A stretch of 41,754 nt of DNA. Origin: an uncultured bacterium. GTDB lineage: Bacteria > B130-G9. The stretch is from positions 1-41,754 of the forward strand of contig CBDVDH010000032.1 of NCBI GenBank assembly GCA_965372715.1. The letters are read 5' to 3'. The notes beneath the pieces were generated by a model that worked only from the letters and a program-made list of their open reading frames with translations, did no database searches and was not told the DNA's origin. This document shows, in pieces, positions 7,025-15,934 of the stretch (its first letter is position 1; each line of letters begins with the position of its first letter). Both the position numbers and the translations under genes were made by a program.

Positions 7025-8272
7025 ATGAACACCATGAACCGAATATCTTTAGTATCCGTCATTTCAGCTGCCTTACTCATCGTGCTTTCTGCTTGCTCGG
7101 GTCGCGAAGAGGACTCTGTGACAGAGGCTGAGACCGCAACAGAAGGCGCTCCTGCGCCTGCTCAACGGCAAAGTGGGGCGGAAGCAGACGCAGTCTCTGA
7201 GGCTGTCAGGCCGAGCCCAACTTCAGCAGGAGATTCTGCCAGATCCGACCGCATATATGACTTGATGAGGGAAGGTGGGCGCGAGATTGCGATAGGTAAA
7301 CGGGATCTGGCCGAAGCTAACAAACTCGTCGCTCAGGGCTGGGAGATGATAGAAGCCGCGAGGGGCCAAGTGAGCGACCAGGGCAATCAGCTCATGCAGG
7401 CGGGCCAGGAGACGATCGCTAAGGCCGAACAGGAGATCGAGTCTGGGAAACAAATGCTTAGCGCCGAGGGCGAGGCGCTGATCGTCAAGGGTCGTGAGAC
7501 CATCAAACGGGGCGAAGACCTCATAGAGAAGGCTCATCGCGACGTAAGGACGCGGAAAGAGGAGATTCGGCGCGCAGAGGCAAACGCCGAAGCGGTAGAG
7601 AAGGCCATCGCGTCTGCGCGCGGCAGGAAGCTTCGAGAAGCATGGGAACGCTATGACGAGGCATGGAGACACATTGGGGAGGTGAAAAGAGCCGCAGAGA
7701 AAGCCATTGAGAAAGGCACAGCTCAAATCAAGGAAGGAGAGAGGCAGAAAGTAGAAGCAAACCGGCTCATCGCGGCCGCGCCTGCGCATATCAGCGATAG
7801 AGGTAAGGCAAAGATACAGCAAGGCGAGAAGCTTGTTGCCGAAGGTAGAGAGATGATTGAGCGGGGCTCGACTACCTTGACCAAGGAAGCCCAGGACTTG
7901 CTGATCAAGGGGCAGCGACGTGTGGAAAAAGGGAACCGTGAAAGCGCGGAAGCTCGCGCCAGAATCAAGCGAGGAAGGGATAACGTGGCGCAGGCTCAAG
8001 CGGCAGAGAGATCTTTAAGGTTCGGGGAAAGGACAGAGGCAATGGATGGGTGGCAAGTCGACGAGAAAACGTTGACACGGCACTATCCAGGCGGGAGCCA
8101 AATGAGTAGAAGACAGCTGGAGAACCGCGCCATTCTGGATTGGGGGGATGACATCATTAAGCGCATCAACTCAGGCGGACGTCCTGGACCCGACTATCTC
8201 ACGTTCAGGGAGGAGGTCCAGGCCCACAAGGAGGCAGTGGAGAGTTTTCGGCAGATTTACAGGCCTTGGTGA
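7025..8272 (+). CDS. Predicted lipoprotein with long helical/coiled-coil repeats
   Basis: Signal peptide ending in an LSAC lipobox, then a low-complexity linker and an A/E/K/R/G-rich helical body with an internal duplication. Confidence 0.8.
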   Translation: MNTMNRISLVSVISAALLIVLSACSGREEDSVTEAETATEGAPAPAQRQSGAEADAVSEAVRPSPTSAGDSARSDRIYDLMREGGREIAIGKRDLAEANKLVAQGWEMIEAARGQVSDQGNQLMQAGQETIAKAEQEIESGKQMLSAEGEALIVKGRETIKRGEDLIEKAHRDVRTRKEEIRRAEANAEAVEKAIASARGRKLREAWERYDEAWRHIGEVKRAAEKAIEKGTAQIKEGERQKVEANRLIAAAPAHISDRGKAKIQQGEKLVAEGREMIERGSTTLTKEAQDLLIKGQRRVEKGNRESAEARARIKRGRDNVAQAQAAERSLRFGERTEAMDGWQVDEKTLTRHYPGGSQMSRRQLENRAILDWGDDIIKRINSGGRPGPDYLTFREEVQAHKEAVESFRQIYRPW

Positions 8273-8316
8273 GCATGTCTGGGAGGACGAGGTTGCGTAT
8301 GTAAGGAGTATGCGAG

Positions 8317-8655
8317 ATGACCAACGCGCTGACGACAAGGGACAAACATGATATGTTGGACCGGCTGATTACCGACTATGAGAGGTTCCAGGCGAAACTA
8401 GCCACGGGGAGCGAAAGTTCCCTGTCCGATTACTTCGAGGAGTATAAGGTCTTGGCGAGCAGAGGGAACCGCGACCTCAAGCAGCTGGACTTCTCCGGCC
8501 GGAAGCTTGGGTGGAACGTTCTGCAGCGTGTGCTGCCGAACAAGGCACTTAAGCCCTCCGCTCCGACGAATCTTGACGTGTTCAGAAAGCACGTTTGCGA
8601 CGAGTTGGGGTACCTTAAAGGAAACAAAGAACTGCTGAAGCTTGCTCGCAAATAG
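8317..8655 (+). CDS. Hypothetical protein (112 aa)
   Basis: TAAGGAG SD upstream of the ATG; no motif recognised. Confidence 0.7.
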   Translation: MTNALTTRDKHDMLDRLITDYERFQAKLATGSESSLSDYFEEYKVLASRGNRDLKQLDFSGRKLGWNVLQRVLPNKALKPSAPTNLDVFRKHVCDELGYLKGNKELLKLARK

Positions 8656-8848
8656 GCGCCTCGGATAGATCTGGGGTGTCTTCTGTCTTGCCCGTGGCTC
8701 AAACGGATGCACTATCTGCTGACGGAACGCTTGCGGCTTGTGATTCATCGCGCAGGCTTTCTGTACGAGATCTGTTCCTCCCCATGTGGCCTGCTGCGCA
8801 GTTGTCCTGCTAGACCCCGGGGCGCGGGCCTGTGGACGGGGCGGGCCC

Positions 8849-8905
8849 TCACGCGGCTATGATGACGCCTTCGCGGCGGGCGATCTCGATGATGGGTAGT
8901 CCGCC
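8849..8905 (-). pseudogene. C-terminal remnant of a paralogous MNT nucleotidyltransferase gene
   Basis: 57 bp matching 9162-9218 at 51 positions. Encodes GGLPIIEIARREGVIIAA* versus GGRPILEIARREGVIIAA*. Confidence 0.8.
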
Positions 8906-9106
8906 TCAAGCTGTCTCAAACTCAAGCTGCCGCAGGTTTAACGGCCGACTTCGCTTGGACAAATGGAGAATCTCGACTCCAACGATCTCATTTCGGTCAT
9001 TGAAATCGACAACTACTCCTGGGCAGACCTCTTCCGATTCCGAGACAGGCGAATCGTCCACCACCAAATGGAGCGCATCGGCTTGTTGGTCCACTCTGAG
9101 TCTCAC
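8906..9106 (-). CDS. DUF2283 domain protein
   Basis: VDQQADALHL...SEEVCPGVVVDFNDRNEIVGVEIL is the typical DUF2283 pattern. Confidence 0.85.
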   Translation of the reverse strand: MRLRVDQQADALHLVVDDSPVSESEEVCPGVVVDFNDRNEIVGVEILHLSKRSRPLNLRQLEFETA

Positions 9107-9161
9107 AGCTTGTTCCGCGCTCTGCCATATACTCGTGCATCATCCATATTCAAGTCAGCCT

Positions 9162-9482
9162 TCAAGCGGCAATGATGACGCCTTCGCGGCGGGCGATCTC
9201 GAGTATGGGTCGGCCGCCGTCCGTCTCCCATTCAGTCTCGCCGCAGGGGATAGGCTCGATGCGGTTGTCGGTTACGGTTGCCCGCCATAGCTGCTCTACA
9301 AGCGTTATGTCATGCGGCTCGTCGAATTCCTTCGCGATCACAATCAGATCGATGTCACTCCATTCATCGGCCTTGCCATTCACGAAAGAACCGAACAGGA
9401 CAGCGCGGCTGGCATGAATGCCATAGTCGGGAAGCGCCGCCAGATAGCGAAGCACAACCGTCACAATTTCACTGTTAACCAT
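9162..9482 (-). CDS. Minimal nucleotidyltransferase (MNT) antitoxin-like protein
   Basis: LFGSFVNGKADEWSDIDL (GS-x10-DxD) motif. Confidence 0.9.
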   Translation of the reverse strand: MVNSEIVTVVLRYLAALPDYGIHASRAVLFGSFVNGKADEWSDIDLIVIAKEFDEPHDITLVEQLWRATVTDNRIEPIPCGETEWETDGGRPILEIARREGVIIAA

Positions 9483-9838
9483 CCGACCATCTCCTTTGCC
9501 AACGCGAGTCTCTCATTCGCAGTTTCAGTGTCCAATTGAGCTTCACCCATCTCCGGGTAGCGGCCCTCCAGTTGATATAAGTTGAAGCGCCGAAGGAAAT
9601 CCGCTCGCTCGGAGTCAAGCGCCAATCCCGCGAGTTCGGCTAATCGGACAAGATTGTGAATCCGAGGCGGCACATCTCCTGTTTTGCGGGTCACGTGCGC
9701 CTTCAAGGCCTTCTCGAGGCAGAGGTGCGCAAAGAAAAGGGCATGACGCAAGTGTCCTCTCTCCATCAGGGTCTCGGCCGCCGCAATGTCTTCCTCGCTG
9801 CCAGACCGCCAATAATCAACCTGTTTCTCTACGTCCAT
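9461..9838 (-). CDS. HEPN domain protein (HEPN-MNT pair)
   Basis: ALFFAHLCLEKALKA, PPRIHNLVRL and RYP; overlaps the MNT gene. Confidence 0.9.
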   Translation of the reverse strand: MDVEKQVDYWRSGSEEDIAAAETLMERGHLRHALFFAHLCLEKALKAHVTRKTGDVPPRIHNLVRLAELAGLALDSERADFLRRFNLYQLEGRYPEMGEAQLDTETANERLALAKEMVGWLTVKL

Positions 9839-10087
9839 CTGCCCTCAGGATGCTCCTTTGGAGGCGACAGCTTGAGATGCTCCGTCAGCCAACCTAAACC
9901 GTAACCTCATACCGAACTCTAATCCCTTGAGATCCCTGAGCATAGATTTCAGGATACTCAGCCCCAGTTGGGATTCAAGTCAAATATGGTGCTGCCTAAA
10001 TCAATTGCAGAATGCCCATATCAGCAGTATGTTATAGTAAGGTCGTTGGCCAGCATGTCGCAGTCAGTTATTAGAGGAGCAAATGGC

Positions 10088-10297
10088 ATGAAGCTCGCAG
10101 AGGCAAAGACGCTGTATCAGGGAGAGTGGATTGCCTTTCGTGAACTGGAGGAATCCGAGAACCCCGAGGGCAACGTAGTCCTACACAACAATGACCGTCG
10201 TGCCTTTGACAAGCAGCTCTTGGAGCTTGGGCTAACGGACCTCTACATCACTTTCGCTGGTCCCCCTGTCCCCGAGGGGTACGCGGCGATCTTCTGA
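10088..10297 (+). CDS. Small protein (69 aa), DUF5678-like
   Basis: GAGGAG SD before the ATG. The YQGEWIAF...GNVVLH pattern is typical of small proteins found upstream of retropepsin-like genes. Confidence 0.7.
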   Translation: MKLAEAKTLYQGEWIAFRELEESENPEGNVVLHNNDRRAFDKQLLELGLTDLYITFAGPPVPEGYAAIF

Positions 10298-10309
10298 CCG
10301 ACGAAGCCC

Positions 10310-10687
10310 ATGCGTTTTCCAGTTACTATCCCCCTGGTCGCGAGAAATGTTAAGATTGTCGGACCCAAGGGCTTTCTTAAGATCGACATGATCGTTGATA
10401 CCGGAGCTGTCTTTAGCGCCATTTCTTGGTCTGACCTCAGGGCAATTGGTTATGATCCAGCGGTTGTGCCCGAGCGCCAGGAGATCATTACGGCCAACGG
10501 TGTCATTGAGGTTCCGAAGTTGTGCGTGAACAGCATAGCTTGGGGGGATGTGGAAGCGAGCGAAGTGGAAGTGATATGCCATGACATACCTGAATTGGCT
10601 GGGATTCGAGGGCTTTTGGGCCTGAGTTTCTTCAGACATTTCAGAAGCGTTATCGATTACAGGGAGGGTTATTTCGAGATCTCGTGA
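10310..10687 (+). CDS. Retropepsin-like (clan AA) aspartic protease
   Basis: MIVDTGA catalytic motif, TANG flap and GLLGLSF. Confidence 0.9.
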   Translation: MRFPVTIPLVARNVKIVGPKGFLKIDMIVDTGAVFSAISWSDLRAIGYDPAVVPERQEIITANGVIEVPKLCVNSIAWGDVEASEVEVICHDIPELAGIRGLLGLSFFRHFRSVIDYREGYFEIS

Positions 10688-10793
10688 GGGGGACGAAGCC
10701 CCGCGGCCTCAGGTAAGAGACAGCGGCTTCGTGGGTCCCCAATGCAAGGTTTTTGGGAATCAACGCCATATCGCATATTGGGAGGGGAACTCG

Positions 10794-13256
10794 ATGAAGG
10801 AGAAGATTGGTCCTACGCTGTTATTGGCTGCGCTTCTGCAGTCAGGGGCGATGCAAAGTCTCGCCACAGAGCACGATGTCAAGACGGATGGCACGGGCGA
10901 CTTCACGTCCATTCAAGAGGCCATAGACGCCTCGCGCCATGGGGACATCGTAGTCGTTCATCCGGGGCGGTTCTATGAGAACATCCGCTTCAGGGGTAAG
11001 AATATCGTGCTGAGGTCCACAGCGCCTGCCAATAGGGAGGCCGTTAAGGTTACGATAATCGACGGTAGAGAGACCGCCTCGGTCATTGCGCTTGACGGCG
11101 ACGAGAACAGGACGTCAGCCATCTCAGGGGTGACCATTCTGAATGGCGAGGCGGAACTCGGCGGCGGGATATGCGGCAACGGCGCGCAGACAACTATCTC
11201 GCACTGCGTTCTGCGTGACAACTCGGCTGAAAGGGGCGGCGGGATGTCCGACTGTGATGGTCGGATCGACGGGTGTACCGTGAGTTACAATTTAGCGGAA
11301 GATGGCGGCGGGATGTCCGATTGTGACGGTCGGATCGCTTCCAGCACGGTTGAGCTTAACATCGCATCTGACGGCGGCGGCCTCTTCGGATGTGATGGCC
11401 AGATCACGGGGTGCGTCATCCGGGACAACATCGCGCACAACGACGGCGGCGGGATGTTCGATTGCGACGCTGAAGTCATCGAAGTCGTGATTGAGGACAA
11501 TCTATCGTTCGACGACGGTGGCGGTTTATGGGGTTGCGACGGCGGGCTGATGGCAGTTACCGTAGAGGGTAACTCCGCGCGATCCGACGGCGGCGGAATG
11601 TTCGACTGCGATGGAAGAATGCTGCACTGCACAATTGCAGGCAACACGGCGGAATCCGACGGCGGCGGGCTGTCTATTTGCGATGCGGAATTGATCGCCT
11701 GTGGAATCTCCAGTAATAGCGCCGGCGAGAATGGTGGTGGGGTGCATAGGTGCAACGGGAAGTTCACGGCTTGCACTGTTGAGGACAACGAAGCTGGCGG
11801 CAACGGTGGCGGCATGTCGCAGTGCGCTTGGACGATAGAGTATTGCATGATTGGCGGCAACTCTGCGAAAGAAGGAGGCGGTCTTTCTGACTGCGAAGGC
11901 GAACTTGTGGAGTGTCATATTCACGACAATTCAGCCTTCGATGGAGGCGGGCTGAATTACTTTGACGGTGAGATGACCGACTGCGTCATATACGACAACC
12001 GTGCCGACAATGAGGGCGGCGGGGCGTATGCCATGAACGGCCTGATTTCTGGATGCGAATTCCACGGCAACTACGCGGGAGAGGCTGGTGGCGGTCTGTC
12101 GAAGCACTTCGGCCGGGTGCTTGACTGCACGTTCGACGATAACCACGCCATGCGTCACGGCGGCGCGATGGACTTGTGCTTCTCGGGCATAGTATCAAGT
12201 TTAATCTCCAATAACTCCGCTATACTGGGTGGCGGCATCTCTCGCGGTCGTGGCGATGTGCACGACACAATTATCCGAGGCAACCTTGCGATGTGGGGTG
12301 GAGGAGGTTTATGTTATTGTGATGGAGATGTCGAAAACTCTGTTATCACCGGGAATAGTGCGAAGCCTATCAATGACGAATGGAGCCTGGGTGGTGGCGG
12401 CCTATACGGCTGCAATGGCTCCATCAAAAACTGCCTGATCTCCGGCAATCATGCTCAATCGCGCGGCGGCGGTATATACTCGTGCGATGGAAGCATTCTC
12501 AATTGCACCGTTGCGCAGAATTCATCTGATGCCAATGGCGGCGGTGTCTATGACTGTGATGGCAGTATCATGAACTGTATCATCTGGGATAACGCCCCCA
12601 ACCAAATCTCCTACTGCGCTGAAACCACATATTGCTGCGTCCAGGGCTGGTCCGGCGGAGGTGACGGGAACATCCCCGACAACCCGCTCTTCGTGACTGG
12701 CCCATTCGGGGATTACTACCTCTCAAGCGAATCTGCTGGTCAGATGGAGACCAGCCCCTGCATAGACGCCGGCAGCGGCACCGCTCGGGAACGCGGGCTT
12801 TCAGAGATGACAACCAGCACCGACGGAACTCCGGACACGGGCGTCGTGGACATGGGCTATCATTACCGGATACCCGGTCCTGACATGCCCTATATCTGGA
12901 TTGAATGCTCCCTCAACGAAGATACGTTCAGATCCGGAGACCTGTTGGTCGGCTCGGTCGCGCTCCAGAATCCCGGGCCCGCTCTTTCGGTTGACGTGTT
13001 CGTCGGATTCATCATGCCAGATGGCTCAATTGCGTCCTTATTCGACGCCGGGCGGTTTGGCTCCGGGTTTTGGCCTATTGCATCCGACATCACACTTCCT
13101 AGTGGCTTCGGGTTCAGGGACAAAGCGCTGCTCGAGCTAATTGTGCCCTCTTCCGTAGCGGCGGGAGACTACGCGTATTTCGCCATGGTTACTGCGTCGT
13201 CGCCGGGTGACGATGCGCCGATGTGGTCGTCGGCCACAGAATTCCGGGTCCTATAG
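10794..13256 (+). CDS. Secreted Cys-rich right-handed parallel beta-helix protein
   Basis: Signal peptide, a DFTSIQEAID...PGRFYENI N-cap, about 20 repeats of 22 aa (NxAxxGGGhxxCDGxhxxC), then SPCIDAG, VDMGYHY and an Ig-like C-terminal domain. GGAGG SD before ATG 10794. Confidence 0.88.
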   Translation: MKEKIGPTLLLAALLQSGAMQSLATEHDVKTDGTGDFTSIQEAIDASRHGDIVVVHPGRFYENIRFRGKNIVLRSTAPANREAVKVTIIDGRETASVIALDGDENRTSAISGVTILNGEAELGGGICGNGAQTTISHCVLRDNSAERGGGMSDCDGRIDGCTVSYNLAEDGGGMSDCDGRIASSTVELNIASDGGGLFGCDGQITGCVIRDNIAHNDGGGMFDCDAEVIEVVIEDNLSFDDGGGLWGCDGGLMAVTVEGNSARSDGGGMFDCDGRMLHCTIAGNTAESDGGGLSICDAELIACGISSNSAGENGGGVHRCNGKFTACTVEDNEAGGNGGGMSQCAWTIEYCMIGGNSAKEGGGLSDCEGELVECHIHDNSAFDGGGLNYFDGEMTDCVIYDNRADNEGGGAYAMNGLISGCEFHGNYAGEAGGGLSKHFGRVLDCTFDDNHAMRHGGAMDLCFSGIVSSLISNNSAILGGGISRGRGDVHDTIIRGNLAMWGGGGLCYCDGDVENSVITGNSAKPINDEWSLGGGGLYGCNGSIKNCLISGNHAQSRGGGIYSCDGSILNCTVAQNSSDANGGGVYDCDGSIMNCIIWDNAPNQISYCAETTYCCVQGWSGGGDGNIPDNPLFVTGPFGDYYLSSESAGQMETSPCIDAGSGTARERGLSEMTTSTDGTPDTGVVDMGYHYRIPGPDMPYIWIECSLNEDTFRSGDLLVGSVALQNPGPALSVDVFVGFIMPDGSIASLFDAGRFGSGFWPIASDITLPSGFGFRDKALLELIVPSSVAAGDYAYFAMVTASSPGDDAPMWSSATEFRVL

Positions 13257-13371
13257 CGCTCTCGTTGCGGCGAAATAGCGCCTTCAGAGCGTTTGGGCGT
13301 TCTTGTTTTGGACTTAGTTCGCCGGGTGGTGGATCGGGAGATTTCCAGAGGCCTCATTCCAGAAAGAGGAG

Positions 13372-14553
13372 ATGATTGATATGAACGATGATTGGCGAGT
13401 TTCAAACAGAGTAGGGCAGATCGGCAAGTCGGCAATCCACGAGATGACGAGGCTATCCAAGCAGGTCGAGGACGTCGCCTTTCTGTCATGGGCAAAGCCG
13501 ACATCAGATACGCCAGAACACATCAAGCGAGGCGCGATCGAGGCGATAGAGAGCGGACTGACTGCGGGTTATTCTGCAACATCCGGTTTGCCTCAATTGC
13601 AGGAGGAGATTGCAGGCAAGCTTAAGCGCTTCAATAAGATAGACGCGAAGCCCTCAGAGATTGTGGTTACGGTTGGCGCCATTGAGGGGCTGTGTGCGGC
13701 GGTAATGGCGATAATCGATCCGGGCGACGAGGTCATTCTGCCGACGCCCACTTATTCCACACATATCCGTCAGGTGGTGATCGCCTCGGGGAAGCCCGTC
13801 CTGGTTCCGCTCGTTGAGGAAGAGGGCTTCCGCTGGGACATCGAGGCCACCAAGAGAGCGATTACCCCACGGACGAAGGCAATCCTCTATTGCAGCCCAT
13901 CCAACCCGACTGGGACCGTTTTCGACGAGGCGACGCTTCGGCAGCTTTCCGAGATCGCCCTTGAGAACCACTTGATGGTCATCACGGACGAGGCGTACGA
14001 GTTCTTCACGTTCGATGGGGATCGGCATTTCAGCATCGGCTCAATCCCGGAGATGAGGCGGAACACCATCAGCTGCTTCACTTTCACGAAGACTTATGCC
14101 ATGACGGGCTATCGCGTCGGCTACTTGCACGCGGAAGAGAGCCTGATCCCACAGATCACGAAGGCGCACATTCCCTTTGCAATCTGTGCCCCCGTCGTGT
14201 CCCAATACGCGGCACTGGCCGCCATAAAGGGCAGTCAGGATTGCGTGGTCAAGTTCAGAGACCACTACCTTGCCACCCGAAACCTGATGTGCGAGCGCCT
14301 CGACCGCATGTCCTCGGTCTTCGAATACGTCAGGCCAGGCGGCTCCTACCTGATGTTCCCCAAGATCATCGTTGATGGAGGCAAGACCGATTCGAGTTCG
14401 TTTTGTAAGAAGCTCCTGAAGGAGGCGCGCGTATCTACAACGCCCGGAATTGCGTTTGGGCCGACCGGGGAATCGCACCTCAGGCTCTCGTTCTGCGTCT
14501 CTGAAGACGAGGTCAACAAGGCCTTCGACAGGATGGAGGCGTATTTTAGGTAG
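13372..14553 (+). CDS. PLP-dependent aminotransferase class I/II
   Basis: SPSNPTG, TDEAYE, FTKTYAMTGYRVGY and LRLSF. Confidence 0.93.
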   Translation: MIDMNDDWRVSNRVGQIGKSAIHEMTRLSKQVEDVAFLSWAKPTSDTPEHIKRGAIEAIESGLTAGYSATSGLPQLQEEIAGKLKRFNKIDAKPSEIVVTVGAIEGLCAAVMAIIDPGDEVILPTPTYSTHIRQVVIASGKPVLVPLVEEEGFRWDIEATKRAITPRTKAILYCSPSNPTGTVFDEATLRQLSEIALENHLMVITDEAYEFFTFDGDRHFSIGSIPEMRRNTISCFTFTKTYAMTGYRVGYLHAEESLIPQITKAHIPFAICAPVVSQYAALAAIKGSQDCVVKFRDHYLATRNLMCERLDRMSSVFEYVRPGGSYLMFPKIIVDGGKTDSSSFCKKLLKEARVSTTPGIAFGPTGESHLRLSFCVSEDEVNKAFDRMEAYFR

Positions 14554-14744
14554 GGGCACGACGTGTCAGCTCCGCACTTGCATGCCCACCAGGTCCATTG
14601 TGCCGAGCCAGCTGACAGTCTTGCCTCTTCGAACGCGGAGGACCTTACCTTCATGTCGCTCTCAGTTGTGGATTTCGTTATCGACCACGACCGACTTGTG
14701 CGGCCAAGCTGCCGGCCTGTTTTGCGTTCTTTGTCATTTTTCAG

Positions 14745-14802
14745 TTGACAGATTCATTCGCTAGTCTTATAGTATTAGTATTGATAACTATTACCATATA
14801 AT
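14745..14802 (+). promoter_or_regulatory. Sigma70 promoter plus AT-rich Fur/PerR-like operator
   Basis: TTGACA (14745)-17 bp-TATAGT (14768), followed by the hexamer array AGTATT AGTATT GATAAC TATTAC. Confidence 0.7.
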
Positions 14803-14814
14803 CGGGCAAGTGAT

Positions 14815-15219
14815 GTGGCTGAAGAGACTGACGTTAGAATGACGTGCCAAAGGTGCGCGATACTCAATGCGGTGAGGGGCGTGAAGTCGCATCCGACTGC
14901 AGATGAGGTCTTTGATATGGTGCGACAGAAGTTGCCGAATGTTAGTCTCGGCACAGTTTATCGTAATCTTGAGATTCTATCCGCAAATGGGACCATCAAG
15001 AAGCTTGGGCCGGAAGAGGGCAAGATGCGATTCGACGGGGATACGAGCAGGCACTGTCACGTTCGATGCACCGTCTGCGGTCGGGTTGACGACGCTGAGG
15101 TCGTGTCCTTTGCCGTTCCAGACGTGCGTGTCCGAGGGATAAGTGATTATAGGATAACCGGGTACAGCCTTGAGTTCGTGGGGATGTGCCCCCGCTGCGC
15201 TAATCAGAACCGGGTATAA
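14815..15219 (+). CDS. perR: Fur-family regulator, probably PerR
   Basis: HPTADEV, SLGTVYRNL, HCHVRCTVCG and CPRC; heads the rbr/dfx cluster. Confidence 0.85.
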   Translation: MAEETDVRMTCQRCAILNAVRGVKSHPTADEVFDMVRQKLPNVSLGTVYRNLEILSANGTIKKLGPEEGKMRFDGDTSRHCHVRCTVCGRVDDAEVVSFAVPDVRVRGISDYRITGYSLEFVGMCPRCANQNRV

Positions 15220-15261
15220 TGTTTGATTTCGTGTGGAACACTCAGAAAAGGGAGGAGACAA

Positions 15262-15837
15262 ATGGTCAAGCTGAAAGGAAGCAAGACTGAGAACAACATC
15301 TTGACGGCGTTTGCGGGCGAGTCACAGGCCCGTAACCGCTACACGTATTTCGCGGGCAAGGCCAGGAAAGAGGGCTTTGTGCAGATGGCTGCCATATTCG
15401 AGGAGACCGCCGATCAAGAGAAGGAGCACGCGAAGCGCCTCTTCAAGTTTCTAGAGGGTGGCGAGGTCGAAATAGTCGCTGCCTTTCCTGCCGGCGTCAT
15501 CGGAACTACGGCTGAGAACCTGAGAGCTGCCGCCGCGGGCGAACACCACGAGCACACCGAGATGTATCCGGAGTTTGCGGCCGTGGCCCGCGAGGAGGGC
15601 TTCGACGAGATTGCGGAGGTGTTCAAGAACATTGCAGTCGCCGAGAAGCAGCACGAGAGGCGTTACTTGGGCCTACTGGCGAACATCGAGGCGGGGACGG
15701 TTTTCAAGAAGGAGAAGCCTGTCGTTTGGCGCTGCCGCAACTGCGGCTATCTGCATGAGGGGACCGAGGCGCCGGAGGAGTGCCCTGCCTGTGCGCATCC
15801 GCAGGCCCATTTTGAGGTTTTGGGCGAGAATTGGTAG
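15262..15837 (+). CDS. rbr: Rubrerythrin
   Basis: AFAGESQARNRY, EKEH, EKQH and C-terminal CRNCG/CPAC; GGAGG SD. Confidence 0.97.
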   Translation: MVKLKGSKTENNILTAFAGESQARNRYTYFAGKARKEGFVQMAAIFEETADQEKEHAKRLFKFLEGGEVEIVAAFPAGVIGTTAENLRAAAAGEHHEHTEMYPEFAAVAREEGFDEIAEVFKNIAVAEKQHERRYLGLLANIEAGTVFKKEKPVVWRCRNCGYLHEGTEAPEECPACAHPQAHFEVLGENW

Positions 15838-15934
15838 CGATAATCGTTAGGGACGGTTCTGGGTTGAGTGCTTAGGAGTTGTTCGCTGTTTTCAATCGTG
15901 GTTCTGCCACAAGAAATTATAGGGGAGTTAGGCG

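Noticed and set aside
8656-10087. Integron cassette array (attC sites) in the TA-rich patch
   Set aside because: No recognisable RYYYAAC/GTTRRRY paired attC structure and no integrase; gene orientations are mixed.
10300-10701. 10-bp direct repeat GACGAAGCCC flanking the protease gene
   Set aside because: Short and GC-rich with no transposase or terminal inverted repeats; could be chance.
11150-12600. Periodic GGCGGCGG DNA repeats as a CRISPR or non-coding array
   Set aside because: They encode the GGG motif of 22-aa beta-helix coils; there are no identical repeats with unique spacers and no cas genes.
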